Shown: piece after piece, positions 19,941 through 30,700 of the stretch
Layout of the letters: the number at the start of each line of letters is the position of its first letter
How positions within the stretch are numbered: position 1 is the first letter of the stretch
From: Nitrosopumilaceae archaeon
GTDB taxonomy: Archaea; Thermoproteota; Nitrososphaeria; Nitrososphaerales; Nitrosopumilaceae
DNA: 64,000 nucleotides
NCBI GenBank assembly: GCA_965203465.1
Contig: CBDBCR010000004.1
Span: 14,277-78,276 of the forward strand
Direction of reading: 5' to 3'
Position numbers and translations under genes: made by a program
The notes under the pieces: model-generated
What the model saw: the letters and a program-made list of their open reading frames with translations, nothing else
Databases searched by the model: none
What the model was told of the DNA's origin: nothing

Positions 19941-20019
19941 TAGAGTCTATGCGTAAACGCGCCGGTTGGGGTTTTCTAGGCACGGATCTGCGAGATTCGG
20001 GAGATTACGCATAACCTCT
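19941..20019. mobile_element. 79-bp MITE-like element, copy 2
   Basis: TAGAGTCTATGCGTAA...TTACGCATAACCTCT(A), 14/16 inverted match; same orientation as copy 1. Confidence 0.7.
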
Positions 20020-20047
20020 ATTAAACGACACAGATCGTTTGGCACGC

Positions 20048-20298
20048 CATACACCGGAGTCGCAACTTAATAGTTGCGGAAGGAGGCACGACCTCCGGAA
20101 AAAAGCCCTGGGCTAGGGCGCTTCAATGGGGCCGCAACCTGATAGTTGCGGAATGGTGCACTCGGCCAATCACGTGGCCAAGGAACTTCAGCAGCTTCAA
20201 TGGGGCCGCAACTTGATAGTTGCGGACGCCGCCCGGCACTGTGCCAATTCCGGCACCGAGCGGCTTCAATGGGGCCGTAGCATAACAGCTGCGGAAGA
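20048..20298 (-). CRISPR. Mini CRISPR array: 4 degenerate repeats, 3 spacers
   Basis: Repeats at ~20048-20083 (partial), 20120-20155, 20194-20229, 20263-20298 related to the main repeat; spacers 36, 38, 33 bp. Confidence 0.9.
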
Positions 20299-20614
20299 AG
20301 CGTGCCAACGATGTCAATTCAGTGTCCGTTATCGGCTTGTAAGTGTTCACGTCATCCAGACCCGTTTGCCAGTACTTTGGCATCTCTGCTATATATTCTG
20401 ACTCAGGTTCCACCTGGTATGCACTCACCCCCTCCAGCTCGATCGTGCCTAGCGATTAGATCTCGTGTGTGAGCCCGTGCCTAGCAGAACGAGATTCGTG
20501 GGGGGAGCTGAGTGCATACTTCCACCTGTCGTGACGCGCGTGAAAAAAACACACTCTTGGTCAAGAGAGTGTGTGAAAACCTGACGCAGGCCGACGTGTA
20601 AGTTTTCTGCGTCG

Positions 20615-21610
20615 TTATCGGACGCCGAGCCCGTGCCCCGCAGGCGTTCCTGCGCCCACCGTGCGAAATTTTCCGTCGCTAAATATTCGCGCCACGATCA
20701 CATCTAGCGCACCGCAGTCGCGCATAGATGCGGCAAGTCGTGCTATGTTTTTTGCACGATCATCTGTGTCTGCTACGGGATCATTGCTCGCGCGCTTGTG
20801 CCTTTGTGGGGGGTATTGCGCATCAGCAATCTGCCTGAGCTCTTTCATCCGCAAAAGAACGCGCACTGCGTCCAGCGGCAACGGCTTCTCCCAGATCGGC
20901 CAAGCTACCGCCTCTCCGGTCGATCCGCATCCCGTGGTGCTGAGCCCCCCGCGTTCCGGCGCCGACGTGAACTCTGATATTCCGAGTGCGATAAGCGGCT
21001 CCGCCCCGGTCACGGGCGCTCTGAACCCCACGGGGTCGGATGCGCGCAGGGCATGCTTCCGTCGCTCGCGCCAGTCAAGTCTAAATGGCCGCAGGCTCGA
21101 GCTGCCTTGCTGCTTTTCTTCCGGACGATCCCATGTCTTGAACAGTCCTCTTCGTATGAAGTCTGCCATGCCTTCCTCGCGCATGCCCAAGGCGGCGTCG
21201 AAATCCCTGCCAAAGTACTGTTGCCCTGCCCCGAGTGTAAGGCACAAGGCACCCGGCCTCATCGTGCCGTCTTTGGTAAGGGCGCCGTCCGACAACAGGG
21301 ACGCCACAACATCGCGGTCTGTTCTAGACAGAATGCTTGGAAGCTCTGAAGGCTCGATGCCGTTGACGTTCTTTTTTCCGATCTGCATTTTCTTGCCCAG
21401 CGAGGAAATGCCGCTGGCCGCGGCATCGCACACCGCATCGACGCTCTGATCCCCGCACGTTAGCAGGGACGCCTTGCCTTGCGACCATTTCGACTCGGGC
21501 TTCCAACAGGGCACGGACTTTTCAAGAGCCCTGAGCAACCCGATCAGCGCCAGCACTGCTGCCAGACTGTCCTGCTGTAGGCCGCGGAGCGCGATCTCTT
21601 GGCGACTCAC
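20615..21610 (-). CDS. Type I-G Cas8g/Csb3-like subunit (cassette B)
   Basis: IALRGLQQDSLAAVLALIGLLRAL N-terminus, GAGQQYF, WPIWEKPL; overlaps the cas3 stop. Confidence 0.75.
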   Translation of the reverse strand: MSRQEIALRGLQQDSLAAVLALIGLLRALEKSVPCWKPESKWSQGKASLLTCGDQSVDAVCDAAASGISSLGKKMQIGKKNVNGIEPSELPSILSRTDRDVVASLLSDGALTKDGTMRPGALCLTLGAGQQYFGRDFDAALGMREEGMADFIRRGLFKTWDRPEEKQQGSSSLRPFRLDWRERRKHALRASDPVGFRAPVTGAEPLIALGISEFTSAPERGGLSTTGCGSTGEAVAWPIWEKPLPLDAVRVLLRMKELRQIADAQYPPQRHKRASNDPVADTDDRAKNIARLAASMRDCGALDVIVARIFSDGKFRTVGAGTPAGHGLGVR

Positions 21611-24486
21611 AGTTCCTCCCTCCCCGCCGCTCGCGATAGTCCGCGTGCTGCCTTCGACTCGGCACCGAGCCCGCCATTGATCCGTTCCTCTGCCGACCTG
21701 CGACCGTCAGCAAGCCGGAGCACGGCCTCCATATGTGCAAGCTTCCACGGCCCGTGCCTGGCATATACGCGCACGGCAAGACTGCACCACCACGGATCTA
21801 CGCCTTCTGTCCACATGGCTGGCGGAAAAACGGGCCTGCCGTACCCGTGGTGCGTGCCAATCAACCACAGGACCAGGTCTTCATCGGCTGCATCCTTTAC
21901 CTCCTTTTCTTCCCTTGCAGACAGCACCGAGTGCCATTCGTGCCTGTATCCGTTGGGCATGCGAGCCAGGCGCCTGCACTCGCGCATCTCCTGCCGGTCC
22001 GTAGGGCCGGCGCTCTTTGCAATGATGTCCATCCCTTCGACTCTTTCCTGAGTCGTGCCGTGCAGCACCGCCTGCATGATCTTCTCCCGCTTACCTATGT
22101 CGTGGAACTTCGCCGCGATCCGTACTGCCGCAGCGTCGTCCTCGGACAGCCCGGACTTTCTGGCAAATTCCTCGGCCGTCTTCATGACCCCCGCCAGATG
22201 CTCGTCGAGCGTGACCGTTCCAGTCCGGTCAATCCTTCCGTCCCAGCCGCGGCTGTAGTCCGCCACCAGGCCTGCCGCGTCCTTCGATATGTATTCCGTG
22301 GCGTTGCGGCAAAGATCTGGTTCGAGCGCCGTTTTGAACGCTACCCCGTACACTGTCCCGTCGCGCATCCTGACGACGTCGGTCTTGCCCCCGCGCCCTG
22401 CAACCTGGCGCCACGCATCGGGCAGGCCCCCTATCCCGGCAACCACCCTTCCGACCTTTGCATTCCTGCTCTCGTCCGCGACAGCGCCTCTCAGATCGTT
22501 CCACGCAGCGTCGCTTGCGACGTCCTTGACAGGCCCTCCGTCGATCCAGATGGCCATCTTGCCGCGCTGGACCAGGTGAGCCTGCAGGCTAATGTCCTCT
22601 GCGGGGCACGACCCTTCAGCCCCAGTCCAGCCGTACTCGTCGCAGCCGCCGCGTGACGACGGAACCACGATCGTGTCGCCGGGCCGAATGTCGCCGGCGC
22701 CAACCTCTTGGATCCTGCCCCGGTTGCCCACCCTTACTGCCATTGCGGGCGTGTTCTGGCCTCCGCCTCGTGCGACTCGCTGGCCCTCGATGTCTGCCAG
22801 ATCGTCGACGGAGGGATCGGACTTCCGTGCGCCGCTTGCGGCGCCGTCTGTGACATCTCTGCCGTGCAGTCCTTCGAGCCACTTTCGTACGTGCCAGACC
22901 GGCATCTCGATCGCTTCCAGCGCGGATGGAGGGATCAGATTCGCGGACATGCCCACTTCGTCTAGATCTTCGCCCTGCCGCCACACCACGCGGACGTCGG
23001 CGGGGCTAGTGCTCTTGTCCGGCAGTCCGTGAAGGAACAAGGCCGCTTCAGGATCCGGCGATCCCGGCGGCCTCGTTTTGTGCCACGCCCAGAGGTACGC
23101 GGGAAGCAGGGTGACGGATGCCCTTTTGGGCGACGACATCTCTTCGATCATGCCGTCAGGCGGCATTTGGAACGATTTTACGCCAAAATCCACCATTTTG
23201 CTGTCGCCGGCGGCTTTTACAAGCCATGACCACGTCGCCTTGGTGGCCGTGCCGTACACGGGATCGTCGGCTTTTTCGCCCACGTCCCGATCGTCGGCCA
23301 CTATGACGGCGGCAGAATCGTCTTCGTTGCCGATCCTGTTTAGCCTCCCGAATCTCTGCAGCAGTGAGTCGAGCGGAGCCGCCTGCGTGAGTAGCGCGTC
23401 AAACGTAATGTCGGCGCCGGCTTCTATGCACTGCGTCGACACAGTGACGGATTTCATCCGCGTGTCCGAATCTGGGCGGAGACTCTCAGATATGCGCGCA
23501 GTCAGAATGTCCTTGCACAGGGGCCGGGATCTGCCTGTGAGCAGGCGAGCTTCGTAGCCGAGTCTTTCTGCGTCGGCGCGCACGTTGTTGAACACCTCTC
23601 TTGCCGCGCCGACCGTGTTGACTACGACGCCTATGCGACGCATGTTCCCCTCGGACATGATCGTCTTGGCGTGTCTTGCAAGCGCGGCAGGCGATCTGCG
23701 CCGGCCCGCAACCTCCAGTGTGGCAGTCTTGGACTTGGACATGCGCTCGCCCATCTCGTCTATCATGGCGGGCTTTTGGTCTGGATTTGGAAACGCCCCG
23801 TTTGCCCCGGCGCGCAGCGTCGCGCTCATCTGCACCACGCGTCCTTGAGTCCCCCACCCCCTCTCGTCCCGCAGGTCTTTAGTCGACTGCAAAAGCCGCA
23901 TGAATGGCGCGGACAGGTGGGCCTCGTCGAGTATGTAGAGCGTGTCGGTTCCAAGTAGCCCTGCATGCACCGGCCTCATCTTCCAAGACACGCCGTACCC
24001 TCGGAACAGCAGCCTTGAGCCCACTTGGTCTATAGTGGACAGCACGATGGTCGGATCGGACGGCGACCCGTTCCACCCAGAGTCCCGAGGCATGCCTCCC
24101 CGGAGCCTCTTTACGGTGAGCGGATCCCCCGACGACAGGCTTCTCAATGCGTCTCCGGCAGCTCTGGCGGCCCCGCTCCCGCGCCCCCCGTTCAGCGCCT
24201 CGGCGATGACCTTGGCGTGACCGTACGAATCGTCCACCGACACTCGGCGATCTACCACCATGGCGACCCTGACCGGGGCGGTCCTGTTGGCCGATCTTGC
24301 TTGGCATGCCAAGTGCCACACGGCCACGTCAAGCACGGATGTCTTGCCAGACGCGGTGGGCATCGATATGGCTTCCGGCCACCCGCCGTCCATCACCCTC
24401 CTTGCAAGGGCCGACTGCCACTCGAACGGATCCCTGCCGTGTATGTCGTGGTAGAGTGCCTTGAACGAGATCGTCCCGTGGTCCAC
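21607..24486 (-). CDS. cas3: Type I-G Cas3 with C-terminal HD domain (cassette B)
   Basis: PFEWQ, PTASGKT, VDRR, DEAHL, QRFGRLNR, HDIGK, RHE, HHG, LRLAD; GTG start 24486. Confidence 0.95.
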   Translation of the reverse strand: MDHGTISFKALYHDIHGRDPFEWQSALARRVMDGGWPEAISMPTASGKTSVLDVAVWHLACQARSANRTAPVRVAMVVDRRVSVDDSYGHAKVIAEALNGGRGSGAARAAGDALRSLSSGDPLTVKRLRGGMPRDSGWNGSPSDPTIVLSTIDQVGSRLLFRGYGVSWKMRPVHAGLLGTDTLYILDEAHLSAPFMRLLQSTKDLRDERGWGTQGRVVQMSATLRAGANGAFPNPDQKPAMIDEMGERMSKSKTATLEVAGRRRSPAALARHAKTIMSEGNMRRIGVVVNTVGAAREVFNNVRADAERLGYEARLLTGRSRPLCKDILTARISESLRPDSDTRMKSVTVSTQCIEAGADITFDALLTQAAPLDSLLQRFGRLNRIGNEDDSAAVIVADDRDVGEKADDPVYGTATKATWSWLVKAAGDSKMVDFGVKSFQMPPDGMIEEMSSPKRASVTLLPAYLWAWHKTRPPGSPDPEAALFLHGLPDKSTSPADVRVVWRQGEDLDEVGMSANLIPPSALEAIEMPVWHVRKWLEGLHGRDVTDGAASGARKSDPSVDDLADIEGQRVARGGGQNTPAMAVRVGNRGRIQEVGAGDIRPGDTIVVPSSRGGCDEYGWTGAEGSCPAEDISLQAHLVQRGKMAIWIDGGPVKDVASDAAWNDLRGAVADESRNAKVGRVVAGIGGLPDAWRQVAGRGGKTDVVRMRDGTVYGVAFKTALEPDLCRNATEYISKDAAGLVADYSRGWDGRIDRTGTVTLDEHLAGVMKTAEEFARKSGLSEDDAAAVRIAAKFHDIGKREKIMQAVLHGTTQERVEGMDIIAKSAGPTDRQEMRECRRLARMPNGYRHEWHSVLSAREEKEVKDAADEDLVLWLIGTHHGYGRPVFPPAMWTEGVDPWWCSLAVRVYARHGPWKLAHMEAVLRLADGRRSAEERINGGLGAESKAARGLSRAAGREEL

Positions 24487-24490
24487 GGCC

Positions 24491-25897
24491 CTACGACTCC
24501 TCGGCCATACACAGACCGAGTCCGCGATACCTGCCTGCCCCGACCATGACGGGCCCCGGCACGGGCACGCCGAACTCGATTCTGGCGTGCCAGAGCCCGC
24601 CGCGACCCGCATGCTTGACCCACTTTGCGGCGTGCAGCACGCCGTAAGACATGCCTGCGCGTGAGACCTCGACCGACACTGGCCTGGGCAGGCCCACCCT
24701 TTCAACGCTGTCTGCTATGCCTATCTCCTGGCCGACGCCGGCCTTGGCGTACCTGTCGACTGCGATCGGGGTGACCGTAACCCACGCCTTTGACGATCTC
24801 GTGTACCTGTCGGTCTGGAGGCTGAGCCTGTCATCTGCATGTCCGAGCTGTAGGCGCAGACCGCCGGGCAATTCGATCTCAAACCCGGGCTCTGCGACCT
24901 TTCCTACAGCCCTGTCTATGACTCTCTGTTCGGGAGATTCGGCCGACACGTCAGACGGCATTACCACGGAAAGACCCAAGAGCCCGCCGTCGGAGTGACG
25001 CCAGCCTACGTCGAGCATTGGGACTATGGCCATGTGCGATCGCTGCGACGGGCCGCCGCCGGGGGCGATGCCGGATACGACTTCCGGCACGGGCGACGCG
25101 GCCCCGCCAATTATGACCGAGCGCACTGCTTTGGCAACCAGCGGAAACGACTCTGGCGCCGGCGCGTCTTCCATTACCGCCAGAACCGACCACGAATTCC
25201 ATATGGGTGACGGATGCCCCGCGCCTGCGTCGCCGGCCAGCATTGTGTAGCGAGGCCAGGCATCGGGCGGCCTGGGATGCCACACGACGCCCTCTTTTTC
25301 GGCGCGCTCGTACCCCTCAAGCAGGTCGTCGAGCCTCCCACTGGACGGGCACCGTATTCGTACGTTGCCGCTGTCGTCCGGCACGAACCGCGTGCGGCCA
25401 TGCGTCTTCCTGCTCGTCCTAACCGACATCCGCACCAGCGACGACGAATGGCCGAGGCGCGGGACACATGCGGCAAGATCTTCCAGCTCGCGCACAACTT
25501 CGGGAGGCGGTTCGGAATCCCACGACATGGTGACGGTTTGATCGTCGTCTGGCAGAACGACTGCTGGAAACCACCTTGGTTTTCGCGTGACGATTGGCAA
25601 ACCCGGCCCCATGTCGCCCATGTATCGCCCTTCGTTGCTTTTGTCTTGGACGGGCACATAGAATTCGCGCACGTCCCTCCGGCTGTGCGGCGGGCATGCG
25701 ACTTCGGGCGGCTTTTGAGACTCCATCCATCGTAGCGCGTCTTTGCCACGGCCGCCGGGCCTTGACGACATGGCGTCGACTAGTGCAGAGAAGAGCCTAT
25801 CTGGGCTCGGGGGCCACTCGGCCGTTTTGTCGTCGTTTATCTCTGCCGCGTAGCACACTCCCGAAAGGTACTCTACTTCGATCGAGAGCATTGGCAT
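24491..25897 (-). CDS. csb2: Type I-G Csb2 (Cas5/6) (cassette B)
   Basis: EWPPSPDRLFSALV, LGHSSSLV, WVTVTP, GPVMVGAGRYRGLGLC. Confidence 0.92.
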   Translation of the reverse strand: MPMLSIEVEYLSGVCYAAEINDDKTAEWPPSPDRLFSALVDAMSSRPGGRGKDALRWMESQKPPEVACPPHSRRDVREFYVPVQDKSNEGRYMGDMGPGLPIVTRKPRWFPAVVLPDDDQTVTMSWDSEPPPEVVRELEDLAACVPRLGHSSSLVRMSVRTSRKTHGRTRFVPDDSGNVRIRCPSSGRLDDLLEGYERAEKEGVVWHPRPPDAWPRYTMLAGDAGAGHPSPIWNSWSVLAVMEDAPAPESFPLVAKAVRSVIIGGAASPVPEVVSGIAPGGGPSQRSHMAIVPMLDVGWRHSDGGLLGLSVVMPSDVSAESPEQRVIDRAVGKVAEPGFEIELPGGLRLQLGHADDRLSLQTDRYTRSSKAWVTVTPIAVDRYAKAGVGQEIGIADSVERVGLPRPVSVEVSRAGMSYGVLHAAKWVKHAGRGGLWHARIEFGVPVPGPVMVGAGRYRGLGLCMAEES

Positions 25898-27087
25898 CAG
25901 TCCGCACTAGCAGTTACGCCTACTTTGTCTAGCATGCGTTGACGCGACTTTTTGATGAGGTCTACCAGGCTCTTGCTGGGCCTTATGACCGTCGGCTCTT
26001 TTTTCCAAGCGTGCGGTTCTAGCTCCTTGGACGATTCTTCCAGCCATCCAACCACCTCCATCACGTCAAACTTGAACGGCTTCGTCGTGCCGTCTGCCTC
26101 TACCAACTCCCACTCGGCCCCTCCGTCTTGAGTTAGATCGCACCTAGATCTGAGCGAAGAGTACGTTGGCTCGCCTTCGGCACCCAAGATCGCAAGAGAC
26201 GCCAAGGCGGCTCTGGCCGCACTTTCGTCAGCTTTTTGAAAGCGGAGCCTGCGCAATCCTGCAAGCGTGATCACCGTTGTTTGTTTCGCATGATCTACGG
26301 TGACCCCCAGGCTCGGGATTTCTTTACTTACTATGCTCCCGTACCCGTACTCTGACGGCCTTTTGCCGTTTTCGTCTAGGCGCATCTCTCCGCCTTTGAT
26401 GGATATCTTTACATCCTTGCCAACGTTGAACACGTCCGTCTTTGATGCGGGGCTTTTGCATTCCTGCACATTGATGCCTACGATCTCTGACGTTATGCAA
26501 CGCTGGAACCTTGCGGTAAGCGTGCCTCCCCAGTATGACTTCCACGCCCCGTACACCAAACTCGTGGTGCTGTACTTTAGTATGGGGGTTGCGTTACGCG
26601 TTGTAGCTGATGCGATCTCGCCGCCTATGGACGTTTTCGGAAACTGGCTTCCGTCCAACACTGAGTCCCGTATTGCGGCGTCAAACACTCTGTGTGGCAG
26701 CTCCATGGAGGTCACTACGCCAATGTCGGCGATGTCCGCTTCGCCCGTAAAATCCACTGCGACTTTTGGGATCGCCGGTATGCGGTCTTTTGCTATCGAA
26801 GTCATGCCTTTGCCGTCAGTCGATTTTGTTCGGTACTCGCCATTCGTGAGATTCACCAGAGATTCCTCCATTCTGGCCGCCTGCGACTGCACTGAGTCAA
26901 GCAGCACGCACTTTACGTTTTCGTCGTTGATGCGCCGAGTCTCGTAAGAGTGGGCGCCCCATTTTTTCTTTTCTGGATGCGGGTACGTTGGAGGGGCCAG
27001 ATAGTCGCCCTTTCCGCCGGCTGGCTGTAGCCTGCGGACGCGCCTCAGGGCGCTGGCTGTCTCTACCGCCTCTGCAAGCAGTTTCAT
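25897..27087 (-). CDS. cas7: Type I-G Cas7 (Csb1) (cassette B)
   Basis: LQPAGGKGD..PPTY, LLDSVQSQA.RME, PHRVFDA, LRSRCDL. Confidence 0.92.
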   Translation of the reverse strand: MKLLAEAVETASALRRVRRLQPAGGKGDYLAPPTYPHPEKKKWGAHSYETRRINDENVKCVLLDSVQSQAARMEESLVNLTNGEYRTKSTDGKGMTSIAKDRIPAIPKVAVDFTGEADIADIGVVTSMELPHRVFDAAIRDSVLDGSQFPKTSIGGEIASATTRNATPILKYSTTSLVYGAWKSYWGGTLTARFQRCITSEIVGINVQECKSPASKTDVFNVGKDVKISIKGGEMRLDENGKRPSEYGYGSIVSKEIPSLGVTVDHAKQTTVITLAGLRRLRFQKADESAARAALASLAILGAEGEPTYSSLRSRCDLTQDGGAEWELVEADGTTKPFKFDVMEVVGWLEESSKELEPHAWKKEPTVIRPSKSLVDLIKKSRQRMLDKVGVTASAD

Positions 27088-27722
27088 GCCGGATCGTCTA
27101 TGGGTGGTCTAAAATGTGTTTTGGTTTGGGGTTCGCATTCGCCCGTCCCTGCTGCTCCACCTGGGACGGCTAACGCTACCCGCAGCGCGTCCGGCGAACG
27201 GTTTGATGGGCCAGGCAGACGTAGCCGCCGGCGAAATCGGCCATTTCCGCCTACGCTTCGGGCGGCCTTGGCCCGGGAACCGGGGCGTTGAACACGGCCG
27301 ATCCGGCGGCCCCCGCTAGGACGCGTCCCGCTCTCTGCCACGCAGCGTCTCGGCTACGCCTGCACACGAATTTGCGCCTCAGAAAGCCCGTCCCGCTAGG
27401 ACCATCTGCCTCAAGCCTCCCGCAACGCACCGAGCGACGGCGTACCGTGCCTTGGATTGTATGTGGTAGGCGAATAGATGCCCGCTACGCTACTGATAAC
27501 AATAAATGTAGACAGATTCCGGCCCCTCTATGGAAAGCCCGACAAAGGCGATCGGAGAATGCAGGTCTTACCTGTTCAACGCCGGTCTGCAAAAGCGCGA
27601 GAAATGCCGTACTGCGTCCAACGAACCTAAAACTGGGAGCCGGCTCAAGCCTGATCTTAACCAGGTCCGCAATGCCCCGGTTGCGCAGATCGCCAGAATC
27701 GGGGCAGAGATGTGGTAAGGGA

Positions 27723-30700
27723 ATGAAAAAATCATCTGTAAAGCGATTGGAAAAAATCCCAGACGAGGATGGGAACGAGCTGTCCATCAAGATAAAAACC
27801 AGCGAGATCTCAATCAACCTAAAATCACTGAATGCGATGACCGAGGCGGAGATCAGTGACAAGATAACTACGCTTCTTCTAAAATACGGGATAACGCCTT
27901 GGCAGCAGCAGGCCATACCGTCGAGATCTAGGACCAGAAAAATCGGCAGTTGCGATCTGTACATACACGACAAACGCGTGATCATAGAGGTCAAGAAGGT
28001 AAAGCGGCTGGAAAAAGGCCCCCACAGCCCCGAAAGCGGAGACGGGGGGCGTTCGGCGTTTGACCAGCTTGCAAACTACATCAAGGCCGAACGGTCGCAG
28101 AAAAACACACAGATCGTGGATTACATCGACACCGGCGAAGTCTCCGAGCAGACACACTACTGGGTCGGCATAGTCACAAACTACAAAAAGTGGTGGGCTT
28201 GGACATGGCCCCCATCCGAATCCGAGGATGACGGAAAACTACAGGAAAGCTTCAACGGGGTGGAGCTTACCGCGCCAAAAGAACGCCAACTCATAGCACT
28301 GCTTCAAAGAAAAGACACCAAACCCGTTCCCGAAGAACTTGGACCCATGTTTGAGCCCCACTTGAAGCGCTTCCTGAAATTGTACGATAGGGTAAAGGGC
28401 TATAGAGACACGCAGACGCAGAAGGGGTTGTGGTTCAAGCAACTGCAGGCCAGCGGCAATGCGCCCGACACCGAGATCGACGAGATATTTGTCAGGCACA
28501 CGCTCCTCATTCTCGTCACGAGGCTGATTTCCAAAGTAGTAGGCAGCCACGAGGACGACGTGATCACGCACGGCTTCGTATGCTGGGTAAGCGAGGGGTG
28601 CGATGAGATAAAGTCCCTAACGGCAGACATTGGAAGCTATGACTGGAACCACGAAACGCGCGACATAATGCGTTCGCTATACATGGGTTTTATTCCAAAA
28701 AAACACCGCAAGAGTTATGGAGAATATTACACTCCAGATTGGCTTGCAGAAAAATTGGCGAGGACTGTCATAGACGAAAAATACATCAAGGAGCAACTTG
28801 AATCCTTCCAGTCCGAAGGCACGGTCAAGCCAGTACTGGATCCGGCGTGCGGATCCGGCGCGTTGCTGTACCATGCAGGTAGGTTTATTCTGAACTCAAA
28901 GGCGGTGGGCGAGGCGCGGCAGTACATGAACCCCGCAAAAATCAACGAATTCCTTTGTGCCATGCTTTACGGCATAGACATACATCCAGTAGCAGTCGAG
29001 ATGGCCAAAACCAACATACATCGCCTCATACGGTACGCTCCAGACCACCACATACGGGTGTACCAGGGCGATTCACTCCTCTTGAACCGGCCAACCGACA
29101 ACATTCACAGCTCCGCCATAGCAGACCCGGACGATCTAGTCTTGTATTCGCCCAAAGGAACCGCTCTGGTGCTTCCAAAGCTGTTTCTAAAGTCACCGGA
29201 GGGAATCGAGATGATGGTGAGGACTGCCAAGGAAAAGATCAGACCGCCTGCCGCGTTGACCAAATCACTCGACAAAAAAGACGCAAAAAAAGTCATGACT
29301 GCCCAAAAGACGCTGGCTCGGATGGTAGACGAGGAAGGCAACGGCGTGTGGGAGTGGTACATAAAGAACCAAGCCGCCCCTTTGCTTTTGCAGGAGCAGA
29401 AAGCGGGCAGGATAATATCCAACCCGCCGTGGGTTCGAATAAACCAGATAAACGTGAAAGAACGCAAAGCGCTAATCACAAGCGAGGCCAAAAATCTTGG
29501 CTTGTGGGTGGGCGGCAACACGGCTACAAGCTTTGACATAGCCGCTCTGTTCGTCGACCGGTGTTCCTCGTTGTATCTGACCGATCCGAAAAAAAGCGGC
29601 TGGATACTGATTGGAGGCGCGCTAAAGACATCGGGATGGAGCGGCCTGCGCAAAAGCGACGTGTGGAAGAACTACAAGGCCATGTGGGATCTAGGAAGCA
29701 TTGCGTTCGAGATGGGGTTTTCAACATGCACCGTGTTTTTCGGAATCCGCACGCCCAGCCTCAAGCTTGTCAAAGAACCGAACACCGCTGTAAAACCCAA
29801 CGAATTCCTGTCAGATATACGGGACAAGACTAAATGGGTAAAACCAGACCGGGATTATCCTTTCTACCCGTCGGGATACTTTGCTAACAAAAACGCCGTC
29901 GCCAAAAACGGAGCCACGCTGTTTCCATACAATTTTGTCAGGATTAGAGAAACAGTCTCGGCAGGCGGGAAAGATGTAGGATTCAAAACGCTCTCCAAAA
30001 AAAGCAAATGGGACAAATACGGAAGTCTCGAGGGCAAGGTTCCAGAGGCATGGGTGAGGGACTGCATTTACTCCCAAGATCTGTACCCGTACGCGCCCGA
30101 AACCCACACGAAATGCATAATACCAATGAAGGGCAGCAAGTGGGATCAAACGAAAGATTCACATCCGTACTGGAGAAAGGTGTCAGACGCGTACAAAGAA
30201 AACAAAGGAAAGGGGAAAGACACCCCTTCCACATTGGAAAAAAACCTGAACCACCACAACAAATTAGTCAACCAATTCGGGATCAAAAAGTGGTTGGTGG
30301 TTTACAATGCGGGAGGCGAGAATTTGTACGCCATGAAAACGCCTCCAGGCAGATACATAATCGAACACGGATGCTTCTACGTTCCATGTGAATCCGAGAA
30401 TGAGGCGGACTATCTTAACGGCGTGCTGAATTCGCCAGCCATGCTGAAACCCTTCGATAAGGCGAAGACAAGCGACTTGTACTTTGGACTGAGCATCTGG
30501 AAATGTGTGCCGATACCCAAGTTCAACCCAAAGAACAAACTTCACGCAAAACTTGCAAAACTGTCCAAAAAGGCAGGAGTGGCATCTGCGAAGACGTACA
30601 AGTCCGAACGTGCGAGCGGGAACAGGCTGGACAACTGGTCTATGTCAAGAATAATACAAAAGACGCTTGTGGAAAGCGGAGTTTCGGGGGAGATTGACGA

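Noticed and set aside
21660-21670. 11-nt match of a mini-array spacer within the 3' end of cas3B
   Set aside because: Misses seed position 1, has no TTN PAM and lies in coding sequence; expected by chance in GC-rich DNA
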